A DNA stretch of 63,771 nucleotides, filler included, from Craspedostauros australis (lineage: Eukaryota): NCBI GenBank assembly GCA_030167865.1. It is 10 parts of 10 records of this genome, joined end to end, with 100 filler letters (N's around TTAATTAATTAA, not from the genome) between each part and the next. Parts side by side here need not be neighbours in the genome. Positions count along the whole stretch, not along the records: positions 39,068 to 49,414 come from JALAGF010002100.1; positions 49,515 to 58,194 come from JALAGF010002101.1; 8 more parts are not named here. One strand, written 5' to 3'. Position numbers and translations under genes: made by a program. Below are positions 44,554 through 56,600 of this stretch, in pieces. Under the pieces are notes generated by a model that saw nothing but the letters and a program-made list of their open reading frames with translations, was not told the origin of the DNA and did no database searches. The stretch's first letter is position 1; each line of letters starts with the position of its first letter.

Positions 44554-45400
44554 TATCAGGAATCGGGGGTACGACTTTGTCAAGATACCCATGATTGCCG
44601 CACCTCCCAATAATATCTTCACGACTAAATGGATTCAACTTTGTTGATCACACTCGGACAACCTTGTAAGCCTGTCCCACCTCACACAACCAATCGTGTT
44701 TTGCATCACAGGGTCTGTCCATGGTCCGTCATGGAAGTGAGGGCGAACCTATGATTTTACCACTAGGGATGCATCCGCGCATGGGCCAACAACTATGGAC
44801 GACGCGAACAATAAATCCCAACCAAGTCGACGCGCCCCTACGGACAGAGACACTTTGGAGTCACCTGAAAGAGAGAAACGGTGAGAAGGAGACACGGAGG
44901 CGATCCCTTAGTCACCCAAGAGCACAAATGGCGACGCGACAGGTGACATGATGGTCGCGTGAGAGGAATGCCAAGGAATTGACGATGATGTGGGATCAAT
45001 CGTCATGAGACCCATGGCGAGGTACCTACACGGCTACGAGATGTACTGCATGAGCGTAGAGCGAAATGAAACTACTGAAATGCATGATGAGATGCATGCA
45101 GAGAGCAGGAGATGGAATATCTGAGATGAATGATNAGATGCANCNATACTGCAAGATGAGATGTACATGAAGTGCATGATGCATGACATGATGAAGCAGG
45201 AGACAGCACTACATGAGCAAGGGCAAGACTGTGTGCTACTGTGGATTTTGTATGCTATGGCAAATGGAATTGAAAGAGATGGAGATGTCGTACTCACAGT
45301 TCCAACAATGCAACAACAGGAATAGGTAATCAGATACTCCTACTAGAGACTGGGTTACCCTGGATTTCCAACAAATGTAGGACATGACCACACCAGCTGC
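44554..45400 (+). repeat. LTR-like dispersed repeat, copy C (right end uncertain)
   Basis: TATCAGGAATCGGGGGTACGACTTTGTC...GATTGCCGCACCTCCCAA, with CCCTGGATTTCCAA near 45360. Confidence 0.55.
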
Positions 45401-45597
45401 CAAGTTTTTTGGTCGATGAGTCGTGTTCAAATCGACTAGTTCAGTGTTTGGTCGCAAACAAGGAGGCCACCGACTATGCTATCTGCTCTTGATGCTACAT
45501 CTCAACAGCACATCAATTCAAATTAGCCCTAAACAGTACATAAGTTTGGCCAGTTGTGTTGGAAAAATTGGAGTGAATTAGATTCCGGGAATCCTGG

Positions 45598-47064
45598 TTA
45601 TTTCAATGATGTGAGGAGACCAAGCTGAGTTGGAAGTGGTCGAGTGAATTTGGTCCCTCGTAGATCAAGATAGGTGAGCGCTGTGAGTTGACCAATCTGA
45701 GATGGAAGCTGTCCAGTGAAGTCGGTCCATCTTAGATCAAGAGAGATGAGCGCTGTGAGTTGACCAATCTCGGATGGAAGCTGTCCAGTGAAGTTGTTCC
45801 CTCCCATATCAAGGAAAGTGAGCGCTGTCAGTTGACCAATCTCGGATGGAAGCTGTCCAGTGAAGTTGTTCCCTCCCATATCAAGGAAAGTGAGCGCTGT
45901 CAGTTGACCAATCTCGGATGGGAGCTGTCTAGTGAAGTCAAAAGATGCCAGAGAAAGATAGACAAGCGCTGTCAGCTGACCAATCTCGGATGGAAGCCGC
46001 CCAGCGAAGTCGGTCCACCCTAGATCAAGATAGGTGAGCGCTGTGAGTTGACCAATCTCGGATGGAAGTCGTCCAGTGAAGTCGTTGTGATTCAGGTCCA
46101 GATGTGTCAATTGTGTAAGTTGATACAATTCTGACGGAAACGCACCTCGCAGTTCCATGTGCACTAGAGTTAGCTCTGAGAGCATGCTCAACATGCCAAT
46201 ATGACTGAAGATGCTACCACGGAACCATCTGAAATAGTTGTATTTCATATCCATTGACCATTTCTCAAGGTGCGAGAGATGATACAGGGCTGGATCGAGA
46301 GTGCCCCGCATGTATCTGTCACCCAAAGCTACTTCTACCACATGACCATTATCGCATGTCACACCACCAGAGGAAGAGTACCAGTCGCACAGGTCAGCAT
46401 CATCTGATAGAAAGCCCATCTTGTCATTCCAATTGGCTCCATCGAGTGAAAAGTATATGCTCACTACTGCATAGTACTCCAATAGACGCATGGCATTGGC
46501 TTGTGCATCTTCCGCGATCATTGGTGTGAGATCTGGGTGGTTGCTGTTTGCCATCCAGTTCAATGTCCGGTGTGCAGTACTGGTTGGGCTGGCGAGTATG
46601 GTTGTATCGACGAACGTAGGCTCTTCTTGGAGTGTGGGCGCGAGCACCTCCCAAATGGTGAAGAAAGCATCCGATTGATCGAAGCTGTAGCTGCTGCTCT
46701 CGTCCCTTAGGAGGAACACTACGCCTGCCGCAATGGCACCGGCTGCACCGACGACGAGTAACACCACAGTCACAACACCTTTCCAGCTCCATCCTGCAGG
46801 ATTATCATCATTTTCAGGGACGACCTCTGGAACTGCATCTGGAAGATCGATTTCATTCTCTGAGCTATCATCAGGGTTGTGTTGATGTCCTGGTGTTTGA
46901 GTTTGGAACAGGCGTGAAATCCTATGCAATTCCCTTTGCGTTTCAGCTTGCATGTGGGCTTGCATGTGGGCTTGCATGTCTTCTTCAGACGCTACTGGCG
47001 CAGAGGGGACATGGATTGGTGGCGGAAGCTTTGCAGACGCATCACGTGTTGTCTCTTCATCCAT
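45598..47064 (-). CDS. Type II membrane leucine-rich-repeat receptor-like protein
   Basis: TM GVVTVVLLVVGAAGAIAAGVVFLL, LRRNT-like W...FLS...CDW...GVTC and about nine plant-type 24-aa LRRs (LxxLxxLDLxxNxFTGxLPSEIGQ). The likely start is MDEETT at 47064. Confidence 0.88.
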   Translation of the reverse strand: MDEETTRDASAKLPPPIHVPSAPVASEEDMQAHMQAHMQAETQRELHRISRLFQTQTPGHQHNPDDSSENEIDLPDAVPEVVPENDDNPAGWSWKGVVTVVLLVVGAAGAIAAGVVFLLRDESSSYSFDQSDAFFTIWEVLAPTLQEEPTFVDTTILASPTSTAHRTLNWMANSNHPDLTPMIAEDAQANAMRLLEYYAVVSIYFSLDGANWNDKMGFLSDDADLCDWYSSSGGVTCDNGHVVEVALGDRYMRGTLDPALYHLSHLEKWSMDMKYNYFRWFRGSIFSHIGMLSMLSELTLVHMELRGAFPSELYQLTQLTHLDLNHNDFTGRLPSEIGQLTALTYLDLGWTDFAGRLPSEIGQLTALVYLSLASFDFTRQLPSEIGQLTALTFLDMGGNNFTGQLPSEIGQLTALTFLDMGGNNFTGQLPSEIGQLTALISLDLRWTDFTGQLPSQIGQLTALTYLDLRGTKFTRPLPTQLGLLTSLK

Positions 47065-47599
47065 TGTTGGGTATGAATTTGGCTGCGGCTGCGGCTGTGC
47101 AGTTGGGCTGTGCGTCGGTTGCACCAGCGACGAAGATGTGAATGGCACCTGCGGAACTTGGGCTCTCTCTCGAGATTGTGAGTTGTGGTGGTTGATGGAT
47201 GATGTTGTTGATGTATTGTGAGGGTCAGAATTAAGATGGTCCAAACAAGTTCAGGCATGTCAACAAGACCAATGTTGGTCGAGGCAGAGAGAGCAACTTC
47301 GCTTCTCTGCAGCAACAATCCCTTGATCGCACTCATCAGTGAGGTCGTGGTGGCATTTGCACCAAGTTTGTCATTTGCATCCGTGGCGATGATAGTGGGC
47401 AGCTGAGGTGTCAACCATTGGTAGTGGTACCCTTTCGTACCGTTTCGTACGCATTGGTGCTGTGTCGTCCCCCAACGCACACGCTGTACTCGTAGAAATC
47501 AAAATCTCCGATTGTTTGTACTCGTACCACGCACTCTGGCACTCATCCTTCTACTTTCGCAGATGTTCTTTATCATGGGACACGGACAGAACAGCCAAA

Positions 47600-48425
47600 G
47601 CGGTATTCCCCATCCGCTCCTATGATCGCATGCTGGGTCGCACGCTCGGAAGGCGATGGGTGGAATGCGAACTACCAACAACACATCGAGGAATGAGTCT
47701 TCAATGCAAACAGAGAAACAGAAGCCAAAGTGGTAATCCTCGCCCGCTCCTATGATCGCATTCTAGGTCGCACGCTCGGAAGGCGATGGGCAGAGTGCGA
47801 ACTACCAACAATGTATCGAGGAATGAGTCTTCAATGCAAACAGAGAAACAGAAGGCAAGGCAGACACATCCCCTCCTATGATCGCATGCTATGATCGCAT
47901 GCTATGATCGCATGCTATGATCGCATGCTATGATCGCATGCTATGATCGCATGCTATGATCGCATGCCATGATCGCATGCTATGATCGCATGCTATGATC
48001 GCATGCTATGATCGCACCCTTGGAAGGCGATGGCTGGAGTGCAAACCCCCAACAAGACATCGAGGAATGAGTCTTCAATGCAAACAGAGAAACAGAAGCC
48101 AAGGCAGAAACGCCCGCTCCTATGATCGCATTCTAGGTCGCACGCTCGGAAGGCATTGGGTGGAATGCGAGCTACCAACAATACATCGAGGAATGAATCT
48201 TCAATGCAAACAGAGAAACAGATGGCAAGGCAGAAACATCCGCTCCTATGATCGCATTCTTGGTCGCACGCTCGGAAGGTGATGGGCAGAGTGCGAACTA
48301 GCAACAATGTATCAAGGAATGAGTCTTCAATGCAAACAGAGAAACAGAAGGCAAGGCAGACACATCCCCTCCTATGATCGCATGCTTGATTGCATGCTAG
48401 ATCGCACCCTCGGAAGGCGATGGGT
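47600..48425 (+). repeat. About 126-bp tandem satellite (about 6 units) with a nested 13-bp (CTATGATCGCATG) expansion of about 11 copies at about 47876-48016
   Basis: Unit CTCCTATGATCGCA...GGTCGCACGCTCGGAAGG...GAGGAATGAGTCTTCAATGCAAACAGAGAAACAGA recurs near 47617, 47747, 47873, 48117, 48243 and 48369. Confidence 0.92.
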
Positions 48426-49053
48426 CAAGTACGAGTAGCAGAAGAGGTCGGTCGGAGGGCAATGCCATGCGAGTACACACCTCTCTACTGTACACTGTAA
48501 TCGTATCCACCAGCGGCCTCCAAAGGCTCCGTTTGAGCGTTGCGTCGATACTCCTTCCAACATGTGCTGTGACGATGAGAAAGACGTCCGCAGAAAGTGA
48601 GATATATATTTTATTTACCGTATATCCCACCCAACAACAAACAGTGTGATCTTCAGCCGTTGGATCCAAGTTAACACACACATGCATTGGTATTGAGGGT
48701 TGCAAACCCAAAGGATGCAGATTATAAGGGTTATAGGGTCGTGTAGGATCGTCAGAGAGTACTCCAGCCTCCCGTGGTTGGGCGATGCCCGTGTTCGCAT
48801 GTTAATCCCGTTTTAACCGTTTCACATGTATCTCTGTTTGGTCCCCTCGATTCGCTGTGGCTTTGCTGACTGTCGGATCGTCACATTTCTGCTTCATATG
48901 GTATGTACCTGCTGCATGCCCCATGCGTGGGCACCACAGGGCGCTCATCCCATCCACCACGGATTGAATCCGTGGCCGGCCATCCATGGGTACTGTCGCG
49001 CAGTCTGTGTGTTAGAATAAGACGCATTGTGCCTGGGCTGTCCGTCTTGGTCC

Positions 49054-49414
49054 TCATTGTGGCTTCGTGAGCATGTCAGCGAGGTTGGTCTCTGATGGCG
49101 CATGTGAGACGGTCATCACACCCGCCGCGATGCTTTCTCGGACGAAGTGATATGCAATTGAGTTGGCTTTCTTTCGTAGCTGTGATGCGGGGAGTGAGGC
49201 GTTGTACACGACGCTCTGGTTGTCGACGCGCATGTCCGTCGGGCCGTCCATTGGGACGCCCATCATACACAATTTGTAACGCATCCCGACAACGATCTCT
49301 GTCACTACCTTGAGCGCGGTGAACTCGCTGCCGAACGTGGACGTCTCGATGCTGTTTTGTTTCTTGCTGTGCCATAGGATGGGTGATGAGTTCAGGTACA
49401 GTAGGACTCCGGTG
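49054..49414 (-). mobile_element. Ty1/copia RNase H domain, partial
   Basis: PILWHSKKQNSIETSTFGSEF, DNQSVV, SIAYHFVRE and NLADMLTKP. Confidence 0.93.
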
Positions 49415-49756
49415 NNNNNNNNNNNNNNNNNNNNNNNNNNNNNNNNNNNNNNNNNNNNTTAATTAATTAANNNNNNNNNNNNNNNNNNNNNNNNNNNNNN
49501 NNNNNNNNNNNNNNCGCGGTGTTTTGTTCATTGACCTTTTGCACCTCATCTTCACGCAGTAACACGCACATTTGTCGTGTTGTCTCCGTGTTAATTTCGT
49601 CTGCAATTGCATGAGATCATGTCATGCCTCTATCATGCTCACAGTTCCAAGAAGACAATCTTGTGAGCTCGACAGCATTCCAACTACCATACGAATAACA
49701 CAGTAAACCAACACTCTCCTCACCAACAACAACGACTTGATCACTCTACGTTCTCG

Positions 49757-50614
49757 GTGCGGTATCTTCAAACCCATCTACGATTACGTTCTAATAAGGA
49801 CGCAGCGACGCGTGCTGATGGAAGAAAGCTCTTCATCGACGACCTTGATCCGGACTTGGTGAAGCTGGGTCTTTCAGTGGCGCTGCCTCTGCTCGCGACT
49901 CGCTTTGCGGAATCCACCGTGAAGGTGCGCAGCTGCAGCCTGCGCTTCGTGGATTCCAGCACCACCCCAATCGAGACCAACAACCAACGCGATACCTCCA
50001 AGACCATGGAATGCATCTGCAGAACCTGCAACTACGACAACTAGCTCGACGCCAGCATCTTGGTGAAAGGCCCAGTCATTGAACAGAGCGACGCGGGATC
50101 GGTGAGCGAGTTTCGCTTCATCAGGGACTGCCCGGGAGGCGTCGGATCCTTCTTCGGAGGCTTCGGAGCAGCGGTTGGCGAGGACGCCGCCAAAATTGAG
50201 TCGGAGACCAAGGCTAACGCCGAGGGTGGCGACACTATCTTCGACAAGACCTCAACGGCCAACACCTTCGACTCCGTCCTGTGCGAGGATCTCGAAAATT
50301 GCGATGAGTTCAATCCATTCTTCGCCCTTCCCGTCATCGATGTCTCTCCCCAGCTCGTCTGGATGTGCCCCATGTCCGAGTCTCAGGGGAGCCTGCTCGG
50401 TGTCACACCAACAGACGCCTACATCCAAATTTGTGCATTGGACGACGATGCCCTCAGAAGTGGGAAGCTTCCGACCGGCAATGAATGCAAATCCAACGCC
50501 CTGTACGACACAACTGCAGCAGGAACCGCGACCGCCCAGCTGGTCGGCATGAACGGCGGTCCAACCTCATTCTTCGTCACCATGGTTTGCGACGAATCGG
50601 GTGATTCACGGTAG
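49757..50614 (+). pseudogene. Cys-containing hypothetical protein interrupted by an in-frame TAG at 50042-50044
   Basis: ORFs 49757-50044 and 50060-50614 are in the same frame with coding-like codon usage. The 5' structure is unclear. Confidence 0.45.
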
Positions 50615-51257
50615 AGAGGCAGCAGATCTTCGTTTGAACGTCAGCAAAGGACCACGCAACGATGTCGATGCAGTCGCAAAGCAGAGCCACAGCGAGTGTG
50701 CTCAATCATCACTGATTTCATTCTGACCCCCGTGGGGTGCAAGTATGGTCAACAATAACACAAAGCAAAGTATTTGCTAAATAATATCACAAAATATTCA
50801 ATGGCAGCGAGTAACAAAAGCAGTGAGCAATACTCAGAAGAGAAGCAATGAGAGCTGTTGCAGTGGTTGACGCTGTGCGATAGATAACAGGACGGCACAG
50901 GTGATGCAGCTGTGACTGTGGGGCCAATGTCCACATGAATGTTTCAACAACACAAGACTTCAGCCACGACGCATGGCTTGAGCGGGAACAATGACAGGTT
51001 TCGGATGAAAGCGACATTGTCTTTGCGCGTATTCTAATGTAACTTTGGTACAAATACACTTACCCACAACAGAGTGCCATACGGATCTGCGTCATCTCGA
51101 TCGATTGAAGATCTCGGCAGCACTTTTTAGGTCATTTCCAGATTCCCCTCATCCATCATGCTTCTGCAGGAGCACTGCTGCGGCACCGGCAGCCGCTATG
51201 GCCACCACGATCTTGTGCCTTTCGCAGCATCCCGTGCCCGCTTTTTCTATCGTGAAC

Positions 51258-52475
51258 TCACAATCTCGAACGGACCGCCGATCCGCTCGTCTCCCGAATC
51301 CAGCGGGGTGACATACTAGTACGAGTGTGTGCTACTTGCGTCTCCACAAAGATACGGCCAATCGCGACGCGCATCGAGGATGATGATCGTCTTGCCCACA
51401 ATTCGATGGCGAGTGAAGTTTCGTGTGATCCATCTGTTCCTGCCAAGCGCTCTGTATAGCAAGCCAACTCCGCGTTGTGGATGGGTGCTGCACCGATGTA
51501 TTGGATTTGGAGGGTTGTCGGATGCGCGGTGGAGATGCTTGTTTTCCAATCACGGTGCGTTGCATTCACCATCGCTTCCGCGTACGCCGCATGGTCAACA
51601 TGAGCTGCGTGGTTGACCATGAGCGGAGTGATAGGTACAGTGAACGCAGGCGTGGTGCTTGGTGGCGATTTCGCAGCATCGGTGGTTTGGAATCGATGGA
51701 TGGGCGGGATGAACAGTCGGGGTGCGCGGATGTTGGCCATCGGCAACATGGATGCGACGAACAGCCGTCTTGCAGCGGGTGGCAACGTCATTGGTCTTTT
51801 GGCTGACTTGGGGAGGAAAACAAAGGTTCGTTGGCATGATGCCAGGATGATGGGCGCTGCCGCGGAACTCGTTGACATCCCGTTGGTCTCTGTCATCATC
51901 TTCCCATCCACTCGCATCGTAATTATGAACGCCATCTTGAGCGATTTGCTACCGCAGTCGGATATCCACCCATGGGCATGAACGTCATCTGCTCCCGCAT
52001 AGTGGACTCTTGACATGATGTCGGGGAACGGTTGCGGAAAGCACGTGACGGACTGTCCCGCGCAGAGCCACGCGCCACCAATGCGCTGTGCTGTTCCGTC
52101 TTCCCAGATTAGCATCTTCGTGGCGTGCATGTGATGATCGACCAAGCGCAGGGCTGTGTGGAGTTTGAGGATCATGCACGGCGGATCATCACGGAGTCTG
52201 TCGATTCCGTTGATTCTGTTGATTCCATGCGATACGAAATCTCCATCATGGCTAGCGTCCGATTGATCGGCTCGCGCGTTGTTGCCACTACCAATCGGTA
52301 TCCCGCTCACAACGCTGGCTGATGGCTGCAGGTCGGATGTGCATCGCAGAGTGACAGGTCGTGATGCCACACGGGGATGTGCGATCAGCGCTGCGATGTG
52401 AGAGATGTTGGCGATGCTCGTGATACCCGTGATACTCTTTGCATCATTCGTCTCTTTGCTAATGTCGTCCATCAT
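51258..52475 (-). CDS. Double-hotdog-fold thioesterase-like protein (acyl-ACP thioesterase-like)
   Basis: AHGWISDCGSKSL...ILASCQRTFV (first hotdog) and MVNHAAHVDHAAYAE...LQIQY (resembles D.N.HVNN..Y). Confidence 0.55.
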   Translation of the reverse strand: MMDDISKETNDAKSITGITSIANISHIAALIAHPRVASRPVTLRCTSDLQPSASVVSGIPIGSGNNARADQSDASHDGDFVSHGINRINGIDRLRDDPPCMILKLHTALRLVDHHMHATKMLIWEDGTAQRIGGAWLCAGQSVTCFPQPFPDIMSRVHYAGADDVHAHGWISDCGSKSLKMAFIITMRVDGKMMTETNGMSTSSAAAPIILASCQRTFVFLPKSAKRPMTLPPAARRLFVASMLPMANIRAPRLFIPPIHRFQTTDAAKSPPSTTPAFTVPITPLMVNHAAHVDHAAYAEAMVNATHRDWKTSISTAHPTTLQIQYIGAAPIHNAELACYTERLAGTDGSHETSLAIELWARRSSSSMRVAIGRIFVETQVAHTRTSMSPRWIRETSGSAVRSRL

Positions 52476-53635
52476 GCTTCTTTGATCCCGAGTGAATGGT
52501 GGTGCTGCGTGTTACCTTGTGTTGCATTGCGCCCTAACATCAGAAGCACGTTTGTTCTTGAATTTGTATCATCAAGTGGTAGTGGCGGTAGAATGGAACA
52601 TTTGTCTCAATATAAATTTGGATACACGTTGGTGACTCAAAATCATGCAAAATGGTAACGAGATTTCAACTGAGCCAAACACAAACCAAAAAACGGTATC
52701 ACCTCAACCTCATCAGTGTGTCCCATTGTCGCATCCACTGTTGCCGCAGCGGACAGGGCGGCGCGATTGGCTGCATGCTTCACTTGGCATCTTGCCGAGC
52801 CGAATTCATGTCTCGGTGTCCATCCTCCTCATCCTTCACTGACATTTGGGGTCGCGCTGATGCTACTGGCGCGAAAGCCAAGTTCTGCAAACGAACGGAA
52901 ACTCGGAAATTCCTTCATCCCATCATCACCAAACTACTCAAAGAACAAGAACGAACGACAATAGCATCACAGAGCAACTGAGAATGACATACGAGAGCCA
53001 TAAGAAAACGCTCCCATGAGACTATTGAAACCATAAAAACGCCACTGATCACGAAAATGACATAATTGGAGTTCTTGTCGAAGCACGATCAAGGCAACCC
53101 AAGGTCACAATTTGACGACATCGTTGCCAGTCATCGCAAATCAAATCCATACACATCAAAACAAAACACCAACAACAAATGACAAGAGTAAACAAAAAGG
53201 GAAGTCCAAGGACACACCACCAATGCGTCTCCCACGCCATCCAAAGACGTCTGAAGCAGCCGGAGACGACACATCGTGACTCTCTGCTACGCGACGAGGT
53301 GCCAATGCACAGAGAGGGAGAGAGAGAGGGTGTCTCGCGCGTTGGGGTGGAGCCGGACGTGATGTCATTTGTCGGCACCACAGGAATCAGACGGAGAGCT
53401 GTCTCATGGTCTTCTCTCTGTGCGTGTGCAAGGCGAGACATTCCACCATTCCGAAACGCAGACAAGTGGTGTCTCTGTTGTCTTGGCGACACTTCTCGAA
53501 CTTGGGAGAGCACAACAAACTCAACTCCAGCCACGGTCGTAGGTCGTGACAACAACAGCAACAAAACCAGCAACATCAACATCAACATCAACATCAACAC
53601 TCGCAAGAGGATTGACGCCGCCGACAAAGACCACC

Positions 53636-56600
53636 ATGACGGCGCCAAAGGTGTCACTCGCATTCGACAGAGTCGGTCTAGTTGGGCGGGAAAAGGAGAT
53701 CCGCATACTGCTTCACGCCATCCAAAGCCGACAAACGAGGAAACTGACTTCACCCGCAGACTATGAAGATCCAACCAGCCCCCCGACGGATCAAGCCCCA
53801 GCAGCCGAGCAGGTTCACTGCAATACTCACACTGACACCATCACCACCTCGAGCAGCAGCAGTAGCAGCAGCCATAGTAGCGCAGCAAGTGACAGCGGGA
53901 GCCATGCGGAACAAGGTCACTCGCCGCCATTGCCACAGCTATCGCCACCAATCACCGCCCAAAACCAGATCCGATCGTTGGTGCTGATCTCTGGCCAGTC
54001 GGGCAGCGGCAAGTCATCTCTCATCCACCAAGTCCGCGAAAGGCTGCTGTCTCAACCAGCATGCTCGGACATTCCAGACCAGGTTGACAACAACGAAGCA
54101 GGTGTACCTTTCCACGGTTTCTTCGCAACTGGAAAATGCGAATTCTCCAGCAAGAAGGAGGGCGTGCCTTACGCAGGAATCCAGTCAGCTATGATGGAGC
54201 TGTGCGAGCAGGTCGCTAAGAGGGCCCGGTCAGAAATGAAAGCCTCCACAGTGCAGCAAGCGAATGCTCAGATCCCCAGGTCCAAACATCAGACAGTCAC
54301 ATCGTTGGTGTCGCAAGGGTTGACAACTGGAGAGCTCGCGCTGCTCTCCCACGTCATCCCAAATATCGAGATGCTCACAACACTCAATGCATCCAACAAC
54401 GCAAGTCGTGGCATCAAACTGGAGCCTGCCGTACCATCTCGAACTGTTGTGGCAGATGATGCAGTGTCCCTTTCCGCTTGCAGTGCTGCGGGGGGTGGTG
54501 ACTTGTCCATGAATTACAAAAGCCACACACTGCGAATCAAGTACGTGCTACGCAGGTTCATGCAGATCCTCTGCAGCTACTGCCCAGTCGTGATGGTCAT
54601 CGACGACCTCCAGTGGGCCGACCGCGAATCACTGGGTCTCGTCCAGTCCTGGCTGCTGGATAGCCGAAACGTATCATTGACCATCATCGGACTGTACCGT
54701 TCGAACATGTTGGATGAGAACCAGACCCTGAAGGCGACTCTAGCATCGTTGGAGGAATCGAAGAGAGAGCGGTCCATTCGGATCATTAAGCTCTCGGTTG
54801 AGGACTTGAGCATCGATGAAGTGGCTTTGTATCTGCAATGCCTCTTCCGTGTCTCTTCTCAACAACAGAGCGACAAGAGAGAACAGTCCGAAACCTCATC
54901 GTCGCTCGAACACTTGATGCCTCTGGCAGAGATCGTGCATGCGAAGACTGGAGGCAACATGTTCTTCATCCAGCAGTACCTTGACTCACTCGTCAAGGAT
55001 GGCCTCATCGCTCAGGCTTCTCAACCAGCACCGCCCGCAACAGCAGCAGCGGCACTCCCAGAAGTATCAGGAGCCACGTATGACGCCAGTCACGCAGCAG
55101 AATGGGTCTGGGATGTCAACGAGATCAACTGCAGATCTGCGGCTGCGGGTGACAACATCATGGACCTCATGAAGATGAGACTCCAAAAGTCCGCCTCCAA
55201 GCACTGGGTACTATCCATTGCGGCCTGTCTCGGAGCCACGTTCTCTACTTCGCACGTCTGCGCAGTCATCACTGGCCTCTTCATTCACTCCAGCCACTCC
55301 AAGTTCTTCCGCGAGGTATTCCAAGTCGCCAAGATTGCAAGGGAGGAAGAAATCATCGCTGCCCTCAAGACTTTCAGGGCAGAAGCGTTGATCGAGAAGG
55401 TCGACGCTGCTCATGCCCAAACCTCGGCACCAACCGACAGCAGCTCGCGACGCATGTCCAACACCGATAAGACCACAGCCACAGCCACGGGCACGGGCAC
55501 AAGCGTGCAACGCTCCAACAGCTCTCAATACTCATTCAGTCACGACAAGGTCCAAGAAGCCGCACTATCCATGATACCCACAGAAGACCAACTCTCGGAG
55601 CTCAAGTATCGTGTTGGAGAGATCTTGTTGTACGCGCTCTCTGAGAACGAGCTCAGCAACAAGATATTCATAATCGCCAACCTCCTCAACACGAGACCCG
55701 ATCTTATGCCCAGTCACCGGAAGCTGGACCGTCGCATGAAGATCGTCATGCTCAACCACAAGGCTGGACAGCAGGCCGCCAGTGCATCGGCCTTCCACCT
55801 GGCGTCTTCGTACTTCGCCATGGCGATCGATCTCCTTCCAGATGATCACTGGCAGACGCTGAGTGAGGAGAGCCTGGAGCTGTACTCATCGGCAGCGGAG
55901 AGCCACTTCGTGATCTCCAACCTCGCCGCCGCACGATCGTACTGCAAGGCCATCATTAATCATGATTATGGCATCCTCAACAAAGTGCGCGCATATCACG
56001 TCCTCGTCGATATCTCGTTTGCAGACACAGAGAATGCTGATGGAGAGGGACCAGTGGAGATGTGCCTTGACCTGCTATCACAGCTTGGTCATAATCTTCC
56101 TTCTTCCACCCTGGGTCGGATGTCGTACATCCTCCGAGGGTTGATGGCAACCAAGGGCACCCTTCGACGCCTGGAAAGCGATATGGCAGGCGCTTTCTCC
56201 TTGTCAAGCGACGAGCATCACCAAGCCGTCATGAAAACGCTGGACAAGCTCAGCATGTTCACTTACTTGAGTGCACCCGATATCGTGCCTTTGGTCGCAG
56301 TGAAGGCACTGAAATTGAGCTTGAAGCAAGGAATCACGATGTATTCTGCATCAGCTCTGGCCTTCCAGGGTATTCTTGTTGCTGCTCTCTTGGAAGATGT
56401 CGACATGGCGCACAAATATGGGACGATGGCGCTGAAAGTGAGCAGGGCGTCGGATGATCGTAGCCTGGACGGGAGGATTCTGCTGTACCAGCATAACAGC
56501 ATCCATCACTGGAAGCATCCGCTCGAGGAGAGTATCAATCCTCTGATGGAAGCATCCAGGTCCGGCATGTCCGTTGGTGACGTCGAATCTGGTGCATGGG

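Noticed and set aside
47600..48425. CRISPR-like appearance of repeats here and at 57870-57975
   Set aside because: In the satellite the whole unit is repeated, so there are no unique spacers. At 57870 the motif is too short. There are no cas genes and the context is eukaryotic.
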